Below are positions 1 to 9,847 of a DNA stretch of 58,697 nt, one piece after another. A program made the position numbers and the translations under genes. Numbering within the stretch: the first letter of the stretch is position 1; each line of letters opens with the position of its first letter. The DNA lies in the NCBI GenBank assembly GCA_050725815.1, contig JBOHIG010000073.1:1-58697 (forward strand), given 5' to 3'. Below the pieces are notes generated by a model. The model was not told the origin of the DNA. It ran no database searches and worked only from the letters and a program-made list of their open reading frames with translations. The stretch is from Xanthobacteraceae bacterium. Its GTDB lineage: Bacteria > Pseudomonadota > Alphaproteobacteria > Rhizobiales > Xanthobacteraceae.

Positions 1-5
1 AAACT

Positions 6-94
6 CCACTAGCAACCTATATTTGCTAGTGGGCCTCCGATTCTAACATTCGCAAAGTCGTCTGCCCAAGCTGGATGCGAATGTTAGAATCGGA
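6..94. repeat. Two adjacent perfect hairpins (10-bp stem 6-15/23-32; 19-bp stem 36-54/76-94) immediately 3' of the tyrosinase gene
   Basis: ccactagcaa/ttgctagtgg and tccgattctaacattcgca/tgcgaatgttagaatcgga read directly. The stretch is AT-richer than its flanks and could act as a tandem terminator for the minus-strand gene. Confidence 0.6.
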
Positions 95-115
95 CCATCA
101 GGCTCGCGCTTCGTT

Positions 116-1636
116 TCAGAATTGAACCAGCTCGATCGCGCCGATGATAGGCGGCGACGGGTCGCGTGGCACGGATTCCTTGCCGGCGCCATCAGGCACC
201 GCACGCCGCACGATCGACACCCGCAGATGGCGCAGATTGTAGCCGCGGGTCTTGGACAGCTTGGCGATCGCGTCGGTCGCGCCGAAGACGATATCTTCTC
301 CGTCATCCCGGCCGCTCCGGCCGGTGCCGAGAGCACCAAACAGCTCGATCGCTCCAAGGCGCACCGACGTCGTGGTCGCCTGGAACACGTTCGTACCTTC
401 GAGCAGGAGGAACACGTCATAGGCTGGCGTGCGGTCGCCCGCGATCACGTCCCTGAGAACCACGTGCATGCGTGGCCGCGACATGACCTTGCCCTTCGGT
501 TTTCGCTTTGCGTTGGATCGGCCGCGCGGACGCGGCACCGCTGCGAGGACCAGATGGCTCTCGCGCGCAGACAGCTCGACGCCGCGTCCGCGAGCGAGGA
601 CGACCTCTTCCGGAGGCTCCGTCTGCCCGCCGGCGGCAACCGAATCGAATGTAAGGCGTGCGGCGCGCGGCGGATCGTCGTCGTAGCGATAGCCGAGCTG
701 ATGCTGGGTATCGAGGATGTCGGCCCCAGTCATCCGGCGGTCGTCGCCGTTCTCGTCGACGAAGGTGAAAGCGGTCTTCATCCACACCTCGTCGCCGACC
801 GGCGGAACGCGGCCGCGCTCCGGATCGGTCCATTTCACCCACAGCCGGTCGATATTGGACTGGTGCAGGAAGAACAGCGGATCGCGCGCGGCAGTCGCCG
901 GCGAACCCATGTCGCCGTCACGGCCGATGCGGCCATGGACGCGGTGGCCAATGGCTTCGATGCCGCCGGCGCTTGCCGCCTGTCCCGGATCGGTGACGCG
1001 GACGCCGCCGAAGCTCCGTCCGGCATCAAGCGGGCCGGCGGCGGCAAAGCGCTCGGGCAAGAGCGCCGCCTTGATGTCGTCGGCGATGTCGCCGAGCCCG
1101 ATTTCGCCGCGCTCAACCGCCGCGAGGCGCTTCGCTCGCGCCAACGCATTCTGCCGCTCGGCGGGAGCCGAATTACGCTCGTTCGCATCCGGGCGGAACG
1201 GTTCCGGCATTAACGCCTGCTGCGGATCGTCATAGGCCCAATAAGGCAGCGCAAAGATCGGGTCGCCACTGGCACGCCTCACAATGCGCTCGAAGAAATG
1301 CAGGTACATCCGCTGCCAGCTCAGGAAGAAATAGGTCCGGTGCGGACCCTGTCGCCAGTACTTCGCCAGCGGCTTGCGGGAATCGGTGATCTCAGCGTCA
1401 ACGATGCCGTAGATGTTGGCTTGGAATGCCCAGCTTGTCTTGTCGGCGACATCGCGCTTCATCATCTCGTCAACAGCGCGGCGATAAGAGGCGATGAGCG
1501 GGCTTTCGTCGCGGATGAGATCGCCGATCGAGCGGCGCACCAGCACGATGTCCGCGCTCCAGGCCCGGCGTGGCGCCAGCGCCGCCGCCGCAAGGGCAGC
1601 GCCACCACGGGCGAATGCACGGCGCGTCAGTCCCAT
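116..1636 (-). CDS. Tat-exported tyrosinase / polyphenol oxidase (type-3 copper) with a C-terminal extension
   Basis: ORF 116..1669. Twin-arginine signal 'MGLTRRAFARGGAALAAAALAPRRAWSA' starts at the internal ATG at 1636. CuA-like 'HRTYFFLSWQRMYLHFFERIV', 'YWAYDD' and CuB-like 'HRVHGRIG...DPLFFLHQSNIDRLW' motifs are present. Confidence 0.85.
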   Translation of the reverse strand: MGLTRRAFARGGAALAAAALAPRRAWSADIVLVRRSIGDLIRDESPLIASYRRAVDEMMKRDVADKTSWAFQANIYGIVDAEITDSRKPLAKYWRQGPHRTYFFLSWQRMYLHFFERIVRRASGDPIFALPYWAYDDPQQALMPEPFRPDANERNSAPAERQNALARAKRLAAVERGEIGLGDIADDIKAALLPERFAAAGPLDAGRSFGGVRVTDPGQAASAGGIEAIGHRVHGRIGRDGDMGSPATAARDPLFFLHQSNIDRLWVKWTDPERGRVPPVGDEVWMKTAFTFVDENGDDRRMTGADILDTQHQLGYRYDDDPPRAARLTFDSVAAGGQTEPPEEVVLARGRGVELSARESHLVLAAVPRPRGRSNAKRKPKGKVMSRPRMHVVLRDVIAGDRTPAYDVFLLLEGTNVFQATTTSVRLGAIELFGALGTGRSGRDDGEDIVFGATDAIAKLSKTRGYNLRHLRVSIVRRAVPDGAGKESVPRDPSPPIIGAIELVQF

Positions 1637-1712
1637 TCCAATCTCCGGCCTGTCAGCGATTCCCGGCAATCATACCGCCTGACATCCGCGGCCGTCGAAT
1701 GCCGCAGCGCCC

Positions 1713-3053
1713 TCAGCCGGATATGGCGAACTTGACCGCAAACAGCACCGCCAGCGCCAGCACTGCCGGATGGGCCTCGGAAAACCGGCCGGACAGCACC
1801 TTGGCGAGCGCATAGGTGATGAAACCGAGCCCGATTCCGTCCGCGATCGAATAGGTCAACGGCATGGCGATCGCCGTCACCACGGCGGGCGCGTATTCGG
1901 TGATGTCATCCCATGCGATTTCGGCCAGGCCGCGCGTCATCACACAGGCGACGTAGAGCAACGCCGCCGCGGTCGCATAGGCCGGGACCATCTTTGCTGG
2001 CGGCGAGAGGAACAGCGCCAACAGGAAGAACATCGCTACAAAGACCCCGGCAAGCCCGGTGCGCGCGCCGGCATCGACGCCGGACGTGCTCTCGATATAG
2101 CTCGTCGTGTTGGAGGTGCCGAGCAGCGAGCCGACAACCGTCGCGGAAGAATCGGCGACCAGCGCACGGCCCATCCGCGGCAGATTGCCTGCGCTGTCAA
2201 GAAATCCGGCGCGGTGACTGACCCCTATCAAGGTACCGGCAGTATCGAACAGATCGACGAACACCAGTGAGAAGATGACGATGAGCGCCGTGTGCTCCAA
2301 GACCCGGGAAAAGTCGAGTTGGAGGAAGGTCGGCGCGAGCGACGGCGGCAGCGCTGCCACGCCGGCATAGTCCACGATCCCGAGCGGAATGCCGACCACG
2401 GTCACCGCCATGATCCCGATCAGCGTGCCGCCGAGAACCTTGCGGGAGTTGAGCACCACGATCAGCACGAAACCGGCGAGCGCCAGAATCGCCGGCCACT
2501 TGGTGAGGTCGCCAAGCGCGACCAGCGTCGCTTTGTCGGCGACGACGATGCCGGAGCCATGCAAAGCGATGATCGCCAGGAACAGGCCGATGCCGGCGGA
2601 CACCGCGAGCTTGAGATTGTGCGGGATGGAATTGATGACGTATTCGCGCAGTCGTGTCGCCGTGATGACGACCGCCAATGCGCCGGAGATGAAGACGAAG
2701 GCGAGTGCCTGCTGCCAAGTATATTTGTAGCCGACAACAAGAGTGAAGGCGAAGAATGCATTCAATCCCATGCCCGGCGCGAGTGCGATCGGGTAGTTGG
2801 CATAGAGCGCCATGATCAGGGTCGAGATCGCAGCGGCAAGGCAGGTCGCCACGAACACGGCGCCATGGTCCATGCCCGCACTCGCAAGAATCTGCGGGTT
2901 GACGAACACAATGTAGATCATGGTGAGAAAGGTGGTGGCGCCGCCGATGAATTCGGTGCGGACGCTGGTCCCGTTTTGGCTCAGCGCAAAGGCGCGGTCG
3001 AGCCAGGAACCTTTGTCCCGGCTTTCGCCTTGCGGCGCGCCTGAATCCGTCAT
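1713..3053 (-). CDS. NCS2-family purine permease (AzgA/PurP-type adenine/guanine/hypoxanthine)
   Basis: ORF 1713..3266. Homology-like sequence begins at the internal ATG at 3053 ('MTDSG...RTEFIGGATTFLTMIYIVFVNPQILA'). Multi-TM; the upstream 71 codons are Arg/Ala/Pro-rich junk. Confidence 0.85.
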   Translation of the reverse strand: MTDSGAPQGESRDKGSWLDRAFALSQNGTSVRTEFIGGATTFLTMIYIVFVNPQILASAGMDHGAVFVATCLAAAISTLIMALYANYPIALAPGMGLNAFFAFTLVVGYKYTWQQALAFVFISGALAVVITATRLREYVINSIPHNLKLAVSAGIGLFLAIIALHGSGIVVADKATLVALGDLTKWPAILALAGFVLIVVLNSRKVLGGTLIGIMAVTVVGIPLGIVDYAGVAALPPSLAPTFLQLDFSRVLEHTALIVIFSLVFVDLFDTAGTLIGVSHRAGFLDSAGNLPRMGRALVADSSATVVGSLLGTSNTTSYIESTSGVDAGARTGLAGVFVAMFFLLALFLSPPAKMVPAYATAAALLYVACVMTRGLAEIAWDDITEYAPAVVTAIAMPLTYSIADGIGLGFITYALAKVLSGRFSEAHPAVLALAVLFAVKFAISG

Positions 3054-3316
3054 TAGCCCCCTGCCCCGCTCCGCTCCTGCGCCGTCCGAACCATAGCAAG
3101 CCCTGCGTCGTGACGCCGCAAGGGCGTCCATCCGAGGTGGAGGGGCGTCCTCAAATTCTCCACGAACGGGACCTATCGTTGCCTGATTCGCGCCGGGGGG
3201 CGGCGACGTGTCCGCTGCATGGCTGCAATGCCCCGTTTGGGGAGGAACACTGTGCCGCATTGGCATTTTCCGGTGCGGCCCTACTCTTTTTGGCGAGCCG
3301 GCGGCGGAGCGCGAGA

Positions 3317-4717
3317 ATGGAATTCGACCCGGTCCTGATTGCTCGTTTGCAATTCGCGTTCACGATCATTTTTCATATCATCTTCCCGACCTTCACCATC
3401 GGTTTGTCGGCCTATATCGCCACGCTCTTGGTGATGTGGGTTTCGACCGGACGCGATCGCTACCAACGCCTCGCCCGATTCTGGACCCGCATCTTCGCGG
3501 TGTCGTTCGCGATGGGCGTGGTTTCCGGCATCGTACTGTCCTACCAGTTCGGAACCAATTGGAGCCGCTTCTCGGTCTTCGCCGGAAACATCGTCGGTCC
3601 GCTGATTGGCTATGAGGTGCTCACCGCGTTCTTCCTGGAGGCGACGTTCCTCGGCGTGATGCTGTTCGGCTGGGGACGCGTGCCGCGATGGTTGCAGGTG
3701 TTCGCCGCGATCGCAGTCGCAGTCGGAACAATTCTCTCCGCGTTCTGGGTTCTGGCCGCCGGAAGCTGGATGCATACGCCGGCGGGCCATGAAATCCGCG
3801 ATGGGGTTGCCTACCCGCTCGATTGGTGGGCGATCATCTTCAATCCGAGCTTCCCCTATCGCTTTGCTCACATGGTCAATGCGTCGTTCCTGACCGCCGG
3901 ATTTGTGGTACTCGCGGTCGGCGCGCGCTATCTCCTGAAAGATCGCCATCATGAGCACGCGCGCACCATGATCCGCATGTCGGTGCTGCTGCTGGTCGTG
4001 CTCGCGCCGCTGCAGCTCCTGATCGGCGACCTGCATGGGCTCAACACGCTCAAGTATCAGCCTGTGAAGATCGCAGCGATGGAAGCGCATTGGCATAGCG
4101 ACCGGCCGGCGGACTTCCACATTTTCGCCTGGCCGGACGAGGAGGCCGGCGAGAACCGCTATGCGATCTCGATTCCCAACGCCGCCTCGCTGATCCTGAC
4201 GCACAGGCTCAACGGCCTGATCATCGGTTTGCGCGATATCGCACCGAAGAACCGGCCGCCGGTGAAGCCGGTGTTCTTCGCCTTCCGCATCATGCTGGCG
4301 ATCGGCCTCTTCATGATTGCAGCCGCGGTCGTCGGGGCTTGGCTGCTGTGGCGCGGGATTCTACTGGAGGCACGCTGGTATCTGTGGATCGTCGCGCGAA
4401 GCTGGTGGACCGGCTTCGTCGCAGTCATCTCGGGCTGGATCGTCACCGAGACCGGACGACAGCCATGGGTGGTCCAGGGCCTCATGCGAACCGCCGACGC
4501 GACCTCCCCTCATGCCGCGCCCACAGTCATGGTTTCGCTCGCGATGTTCGTCGTCGTCTACGGCATCGTTTTTGCCATGGGCATCTACTATATTAACCGA
4601 TTGATTGTGAAAGGGCCGGACGATCGCGCGAGCGAGACTCCGCAACACGGACTGCCGTCGCGACCGATCTCTTCGGCCCACGATGCGGGACGCGAAGCGA
4701 TGGCGCCCGGCGCCTAA
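3317..4717 (+). CDS. cydA: Cytochrome bd ubiquinol oxidase subunit I (short form, CioA-like)
   Basis: ORF 3110..4717. The conserved N-terminus 'MEFDPVLIARLQFAFTIIFHIIFPTFTIGL' starts at ATG 3317; 'GWIVTETGRQPW' motif present; 466 aa. Confidence 0.9.
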   Translation: MEFDPVLIARLQFAFTIIFHIIFPTFTIGLSAYIATLLVMWVSTGRDRYQRLARFWTRIFAVSFAMGVVSGIVLSYQFGTNWSRFSVFAGNIVGPLIGYEVLTAFFLEATFLGVMLFGWGRVPRWLQVFAAIAVAVGTILSAFWVLAAGSWMHTPAGHEIRDGVAYPLDWWAIIFNPSFPYRFAHMVNASFLTAGFVVLAVGARYLLKDRHHEHARTMIRMSVLLLVVLAPLQLLIGDLHGLNTLKYQPVKIAAMEAHWHSDRPADFHIFAWPDEEAGENRYAISIPNAASLILTHRLNGLIIGLRDIAPKNRPPVKPVFFAFRIMLAIGLFMIAAAVVGAWLLWRGILLEARWYLWIVARSWWTGFVAVISGWIVTETGRQPWVVQGLMRTADATSPHAAPTVMVSLAMFVVVYGIVFAMGIYYINRLIVKGPDDRASETPQHGLPSRPISSAHDAGREAMAPGA

Positions 4718-4746
4718 ACGATCGAACGCGACTACGGACGGGCGGC

Positions 4747-5757
4747 ATGGAGATCGACCTGCCATTGATCTGGGCCGGCGTTATCGGCCTCGCCGTCGCG
4801 CTTTACGTGATCCTGGACGGATTCGACCTCGGCGTCGGCATTCTGTTTCCCTTCGCCAAGACCGACAAAGAGCAGGACCAGATGGTGCATTCGATCGCGC
4901 CGTTCTGGGACGGCAACGAGACCTGGCTGGTGCTGGGCGGCGCCGGCTTGTGGGTCGCGTTTCCGCGCGCCTACGCCGTCATCATGTCGGCACTTTATCT
5001 TCCAGTGATCGTCATGCTGCTGGCGCTCGTGTTCCGCGGCGTGGCTTTCGAGTTCCGCGCAATCGCCAGGAGCAGCAAGCCGTACTGGAATGTTGCGTTC
5101 TATGGCGGCTCCTCGCTGGCCGCGCTGAGCCAGGGCATCGTCCTGGGCGGGTTGATCCAGGGCATCAACGTGAAGGACGGCGCTTTTGCCGGCGGCGCTT
5201 TCGATTGGGCGACGCCGTTCGCATTGCTTTGCGGCCTCGGCGTGCTTGCCGGCTATGCGCTGCTCGGCGCGACCTGGCTGGTGGTGAAGACCGACGGCGA
5301 GGTCGCCAACCGCTCACGCACACAGGCCAAGCTGCTGCTGCTTGCAGTGCTGGGATTCATGGGCATCGTCAGCCTGTGGACGCCGATTGAATTCGAGCGC
5401 ATCGCCACGCGCTGGTTTTCGACGCCCAATATCTACTACCTGTGGCCGGTGCCGATCCTGACCGCGCTCACCGCCTTCGCCGCATGGCGCTGGCTCGAGA
5501 ATGGCCGCGAGCTGCCGCCGTTCCTTGCTGCGATCGTTCTGTTTCTGCTCGGCTATCTCGGGATCGTGATCTCGGTCTTCCCTTATCTGGTGCCGCCCAC
5601 GCTGACCATCTGGGACACGGCGGCGGCGGCGGCGAGCCAGCGATTCATGCTGATCGGCACGTTGATCCTGCTGCCGATTATCCTTGGTTACTTCGTCTTC
5701 GTGTTCTGGGTTTTCCGCGGCAAGTCCCGCGAAGGCGACAGCTACCACCACCATTAG
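4747..5757 (+). CDS. cydB: Cytochrome bd ubiquinol oxidase subunit II
   Basis: Lies 30 nt after cydA. 'MEIDLPLIWAGVIGLAVALYVILDGFDLGVGILFPF' is a typical CydB N-terminus; polytopic. Confidence 0.9.
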   Translation: MEIDLPLIWAGVIGLAVALYVILDGFDLGVGILFPFAKTDKEQDQMVHSIAPFWDGNETWLVLGGAGLWVAFPRAYAVIMSALYLPVIVMLLALVFRGVAFEFRAIARSSKPYWNVAFYGGSSLAALSQGIVLGGLIQGINVKDGAFAGGAFDWATPFALLCGLGVLAGYALLGATWLVVKTDGEVANRSRTQAKLLLLAVLGFMGIVSLWTPIEFERIATRWFSTPNIYYLWPVPILTALTAFAAWRWLENGRELPPFLAAIVLFLLGYLGIVISVFPYLVPPTLTIWDTAAAAASQRFMLIGTLILLPIILGYFVFVFWVFRGKSREGDSYHHH

Positions 5758-5788
5758 ACAGCGGGCGACGGACCGAGCGTTCCGCCCG

Positions 5789-7336
5789 CTACTTCTTGTC
5801 TCCCGTCTTGCGCGCGCCTTCGTCGGCCTGCGGCCGGATCACCCCCCAGCCGATACGCAAGGCCGGCAACATTCCCGACACCGGCCGCTCGAACGTCCGC
5901 GTGGTTTCCGGAACGATGGTCGGGAAGCGCTTCCTGATGCCGGGCGGCGGCGCGCCGGCGGTGTCCATCGTCGGCCACACCACGATCGCGCCCCTGGCCT
6001 GGACGTCCTTGAGCGTCACCCAGGGCGTGCGCTCGGGCATGGCGTCCAAGTACAGGCTCGGCCGGCTCGGCGAACCAAGGGCGATCAGCGCGGCGGTGCG
6101 CGGATCGCCCGCCACGATCCGCAGCGGCGTCCCGGTGCGGCGCTGGAAGCTGTCAGAGAAATAGCTCGCGATCGCCGCCGCCGGCTTGTTGACGTTCAGA
6201 TCGATCGCGACCCACGGCGCAAGCACGAGCGCGAACACCGCCAGCAGCGGCGGCAGCAGCAGCAACCCGAACCATGCCGAGATGACCATGGTCTGATGGC
6301 TGAGCTCGATTCCGTCGCCCGCCGCCATCACCACCGCAAGTCCCGACAGGATCACCAGCGGCGCGATCCCGCCGACCGGTTCGGTCCATCCGCCGAGCAC
6401 GGACACGACAGTCGCGACCAGCACCGGCACGATGGCGAAGAAATAGACGAAGTGCCGCGAAAAGGAGGTCGGCGGTTCGCGCACGACGACCGGCGCCGGC
6501 TGGCGCCGCGTCCACGGCCATCCGATCACCAGCGATACCAGCACCACCAGGCCGGCATGGGCAGCGAGCACGAACGCGATCTGGCGCAGCCAGGCGTTGA
6601 AATTATCTACGACCGATTCCGGTGTGCGCAGGCGCATGAGCTTGACCAGCAGGCTCTCGTCCGCCTCCGCCAGCCACAGCAGATGCGGAGCCAGCACGAC
6701 GATGGCGACGAAGGCCGCGAACCAGGGATCGGTCGAACGCAGCCAACGCCGCGCGTCCTTGTTCGCGACCGTGAACAGCACAAGCATGCCGATGAGCAGC
6801 AGGCCGGCATAGGTCGTGAGCAGCAGCAGGCCGATCTCGATCGCCAGCGCCACCCAGTAGCCCCGTCGCCCCTCCGCGACCGCGCGCCAATAATGCAGCA
6901 GGATCACCGCCCAAAGCGCCATCGCAAGCGTGGTCGGCCCGAAATCGGGCGTCGGCACGGTGAAAGCCGAAATCCCGACCATCAGCAGGACCGCGAGCGC
7001 GGCATGCTGGGTGCCCACGATAGGGCGGCCGAGCGCAAACACCGCCCAATAGGTGACGACCACACAGACCTGCGACAGCAGGTAGATACCGACGAGACTA
7101 TTGCCGGTGAGGACGTAGACCCCTTCCGCAAGCCAGAAGGCGAGCGGCGGCCCAAGATAGGTACCCAGTTGCAATTCGTTGCCAATCGCCAGCACGAACG
7201 GGACGTCGCCCGGCGGCCCCGAATAGAACAGCGAAGGAAGCAGGAACCACAGGGTGGCCTGCGTCAGCGCAGCCAGCCACACCGCCAGCGCCGGTCGCGA
7301 GCGCAGGAGCTCGACGAAGATTGAGACGTAAAGCAT
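5789..7336 (-). CDS. Polytopic membrane glycosyltransferase, GT39/ArnT-like (PMT family) with a C-terminal periplasmic domain
   Basis: 515-aa ORF with about 12 hydrophobic segments, then a roughly 130-aa soluble tail. The family call is by-eye similarity only. Confidence 0.55.
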   Translation of the reverse strand: MLYVSIFVELLRSRPALAVWLAALTQATLWFLLPSLFYSGPPGDVPFVLAIGNELQLGTYLGPPLAFWLAEGVYVLTGNSLVGIYLLSQVCVVVTYWAVFALGRPIVGTQHAALAVLLMVGISAFTVPTPDFGPTTLAMALWAVILLHYWRAVAEGRRGYWVALAIEIGLLLLTTYAGLLLIGMLVLFTVANKDARRWLRSTDPWFAAFVAIVVLAPHLLWLAEADESLLVKLMRLRTPESVVDNFNAWLRQIAFVLAAHAGLVVLVSLVIGWPWTRRQPAPVVVREPPTSFSRHFVYFFAIVPVLVATVVSVLGGWTEPVGGIAPLVILSGLAVVMAAGDGIELSHQTMVISAWFGLLLLPPLLAVFALVLAPWVAIDLNVNKPAAAIASYFSDSFQRRTGTPLRIVAGDPRTAALIALGSPSRPSLYLDAMPERTPWVTLKDVQARGAIVVWPTMDTAGAPPPGIRKRFPTIVPETTRTFERPVSGMLPALRIGWGVIRPQADEGARKTGDKK

Positions 7337-7391
7337 CAGCCCCGGCGCAGCCCGTTTACGCGACGCGTTCCGGGCAGATTAAAGCACGATC

Positions 7392-7416
7392 CCGAAAGAT
7401 GGGAACCGGTTTTCGG
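7392..7416. repeat. Small hairpin inside a REP-like intergenic element (ccgaaa...aaccggtt...tttcgg)
   Basis: 'gatcccgaaagatgggaaccggttttcggaccg' lies between the GT39-like gene and rnhB. It resembles an intergenic repeat I recall from Bradyrhizobium-type genomes (from memory, not verified). Confidence 0.3.
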
Positions 7417-7425
7417 ACCGAACGC

Positions 7426-8160
7426 TCAACCCGTTGCCGTTCCCTGGATCAGCGGCAGCATATCGGTCGGGACGTCGGCGGTGGCTTCGGCCGGAATGGC
7501 GGTATCGCCATAGCTGGCGGCGACCGGGGCAAAGGACCGGCGATGGTGAATGGTCGGGCCGAGCCGCGTCAAGGCGTCGAAATGCTCGGGCACGCTGTAG
7601 CCCATGTGGCGCTCGAAGCCATAACCCGGATGCTCGAGGCCGAGCCGCATCATCAAACGGTCTCGCGTGACCTTGGCGACGATCGACGCGGCCGCGATCG
7701 AGGCCACGATGCCGTCGCCGCCGATCACCGGCTGGCAATCGCAGCCGGCATCAATGCGGTCGCGCCCATCGACAAAGACCAATTGCGGCCTGATCGGCAG
7801 GCACTTCACGGCGCGGGCGAGCGCCCACAGCGACGCCCGCAGGATGTTGTCGCGGTCGATCCGCGCCGGCGGTGCGAGCGCCACCGCCACTGCAGCGCTG
7901 GCGCAGATTTTCTCGTAGAGCGTTTCGCGCGCCGGCCGATCGAGCTTCTTGGAATCGTTAAGCCCACGCGGGACCCGCTGCGGGTCGAGGATCACCGCCG
8001 CGGCGACCACCGGGCCGGCCAGCGGCCCCCGCCCCGCTTCGTCGCAGCCGGCCACCGGCCAGACCCCGCGCTTCATAGCCGCCCGTTCGCGGCGAAAGGT
8101 CGGACGGGGGTCCTCTTCCCCCAACGGCAGGCGCTCCGCGCGAATCCCATTGCGACTCAT
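7426..8160 (-). CDS. rnhB: Ribonuclease HII
   Basis: '[23 protein letters not shown]...LNDSKKL...[17 protein letters not shown]'. Start placed at internal ATG 8160; track ORF runs to 8289. Confidence 0.9.
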   Translation of the reverse strand: MSRNGIRAERLPLGEEDPRPTFRRERAAMKRGVWPVAGCDEAGRGPLAGPVVAAAVILDPQRVPRGLNDSKKLDRPARETLYEKICASAAVAVALAPPARIDRDNILRASLWALARAVKCLPIRPQLVFVDGRDRIDAGCDCQPVIGGDGIVASIAAASIVAKVTRDRLMMRLGLEHPGYGFERHMGYSVPEHFDALTRLGPTIHHRRSFAPVAASYGDTAIPAEATADVPTDMLPLIQGTATG

Positions 8161-8267
8161 GGCGCGATCCTTGCGCAAAGCGCGTCCAGGTGGCAACGGC
8201 CGCCGTCCGGCATGGAACTTTGTCCCCTGAACCGGGTTCCCTGTCGGTTGGAACCATTGGGATTTCG

Positions 8268-8807
8268 ATGCCAACCGATACCAAGACACGCAAGAACATC
8301 AAACTTTCCGCAGGCGCCGAACAATTCGACAATATTTCGCGGATTATTTTCGCGCTGTCCGCCGGCGTCCTCATGTTGCTCGCGATCGCGCTCACCATTG
8401 ACGCGGTCATCCAGTTTACAAAGGCAATCCTCGGTCGCCAGGGCATCGGCATCCCCGCGCTGAGCGGCATCGGCACGGTCGTGGTGTCTATTGCCGTTTT
8501 CGACGTCGCAAAATATCTGATCGAAGAAGAGGTTTTGCGTGGACGCGAGATGCGGGTCGCATCGGAAGCGCGACGCAGCCTCACGCAGTTCGTATCCACG
8601 ATTGCCATTGCCGTCTTCCTCGAGGCGCTCGTCACGATCTTTCGCGTGAGCCAGGACAACGTAACGCTGCTCTTCTACCCAACTGCACTGCTGCTTTGCG
8701 GAATTCTGCTGGTCGTCGGCCTGGGCGTCTACCAGCGGCTCAGCGCCAGCATCGAGGCAAAGGTCGACCGCAAGGACAAGGCCGCTGGCAACGGGCCCGA
8801 CGGCTAA
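8268..8807 (+). CDS. Hypothetical integral membrane protein (about 4 TM)
   Basis: ORF 8190..8807, internal ATG at 8268 ('[12 protein letters not shown]...'). Hydrophobic segments present; somewhat lower GC; no recognisable family. Confidence 0.5.
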   Translation: MPTDTKTRKNIKLSAGAEQFDNISRIIFALSAGVLMLLAIALTIDAVIQFTKAILGRQGIGIPALSGIGTVVVSIAVFDVAKYLIEEEVLRGREMRVASEARRSLTQFVSTIAIAVFLEALVTIFRVSQDNVTLLFYPTALLLCGILLVVGLGVYQRLSASIEAKVDRKDKAAGNGPDG

Positions 8808-8857
8808 GGCGCCCTCGCATCGCGCCAATTCATCGTCCGCGCAAGACGTTTCAGTGG

Positions 8858-9706
8858 TCAATTCTTCGCGCTGGTATCGCCGAGATGCTGGCCGCAGTCC
8901 ATGCGGATGGCCTCGCCGGTCATCGTGGTCGCGCCCTCGACCAGGAACAGCGCCGCGACGGCGACGTCGCGCGGCCAGATTCCCTTCTGTAGCGGAAATT
9001 CCGTCTTCGAGCGCTCGACCCGCTCGTCGTATTGCGTCTCGGTAAGGATCTTGCGCGTCCAGGCGCCCAGCATACCGCCCGGACAGAGCGCGTTCACACG
9101 CACTTCGGGCGCGAGCGCACGCGCGCTCGACAGCGTCAGATTGTTGATCGCGGCCTTCGATGCCGTATAGGCCATCGACGATCCGCCCGCGCGCATCGCG
9201 CCGACCGAGGAGATGTTGACGATCGCGGCATCGCCCGACGCCTTGAGATACGGCGCCGCCGCGCGCGTCATCTGATAGGTGCCGATCACATTGACGGCGA
9301 AGATGCGCTCGAACTCATCCTTGTTCAGAAGGTCCATGCGCCGGTGCGGAATCGGCTTGGTGGTGGCGGCGTTGTTGACCAGCACGTCGAGCCGGCCCCA
9401 TTTGTCGATGCAGGCTTTCACCAGCTTCCGGCATTCCTCGTCCTTCGACACGTCGCCCTGCACCGCGATGGCGTCGCCGCCGGCCGCCTTGCAGGCGGCG
9501 ACGATCTTGTCCGCGCCCGCTTTGTTGGTTGCGTAATTCACAACCACGTTGCAGCCGCGCGATGCGAGTATTTTCGCGCACTCGGACCCGATGCCGTCGT
9601 CGGAGCTCGAACCGGTGACGATGGCCGCCTTGCCTTTGATGTCCAACCAACCCTCCTGTCGCTGTTCCCAGTCTTGCGCGAGGGTGACCCGCGCATCCAT
9701 CTTCAT
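8858..9706 (-). CDS. Short-chain dehydrogenase/reductase (SDR)
   Basis: 'KGKAAIVTGSSSDDGIGSE' Rossmann motif, 'NNAA', and 'S...YTASKAA' catalytic Tyr-x3-Lys. Confidence 0.85.
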   Translation of the reverse strand: MKMDARVTLAQDWEQRQEGWLDIKGKAAIVTGSSSDDGIGSECAKILASRGCNVVVNYATNKAGADKIVAACKAAGGDAIAVQGDVSKDEECRKLVKACIDKWGRLDVLVNNAATTKPIPHRRMDLLNKDEFERIFAVNVIGTYQMTRAAAPYLKASGDAAIVNISSVGAMRAGGSSMAYTASKAAINNLTLSSARALAPEVRVNALCPGGMLGAWTRKILTETQYDERVERSKTEFPLQKGIWPRDVAVAALFLVEGATTMTGEAIRMDCGQHLGDTSAKN

Positions 9707-9720
9707 TGCGAAGAAGGAAG

Positions 9721-9773
9721 ATTGCCGGACATAAGGGCGTTCACACCCGTCTTCGACGGGCTATGCCGGCAAT
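9721..9773. repeat. REP-like palindromic element (outer arms attgccgg/ccggcaat)
   Basis: Shares 'ataagggcgttcac' and 'cgacgggctatg' blocks with 54284-54318. Confidence 0.7.
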
Positions 9774-9847
9774 GACACATCAGCCTCTATAGTCCGCCGT
9801 CATTCCGACGCCAAGCAGCCGCGCTCGCGTAGCCCAGAGGAAAAGCA

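Noticed and set aside
122-1213. Long plus-strand ORF (363 aa) and several others overlapping the tyrosinase gene
   Set aside because: It is antisense to a gene with clear copper-site motifs. The Arg/Ala/Gly/Pro-rich composition is typical of high-GC shadow ORFs.
3054-3316. Possible purine riboswitch upstream of the NCS2 permease, or FNR/FixK box upstream of cydA
   Set aside because: Reading both strands, I found no purine-riboswitch-like conserved core and no TTGA-N6-TCAA box. A proper covariance-model scan would be needed to be sure.
5684-7324. 546-aa plus-strand ORF opposite the GT39-like gene
   Set aside because: Extremely Arg/Asp/His/Gln-rich low-complexity translation with no motifs; antisense to a polytopic membrane protein gene.
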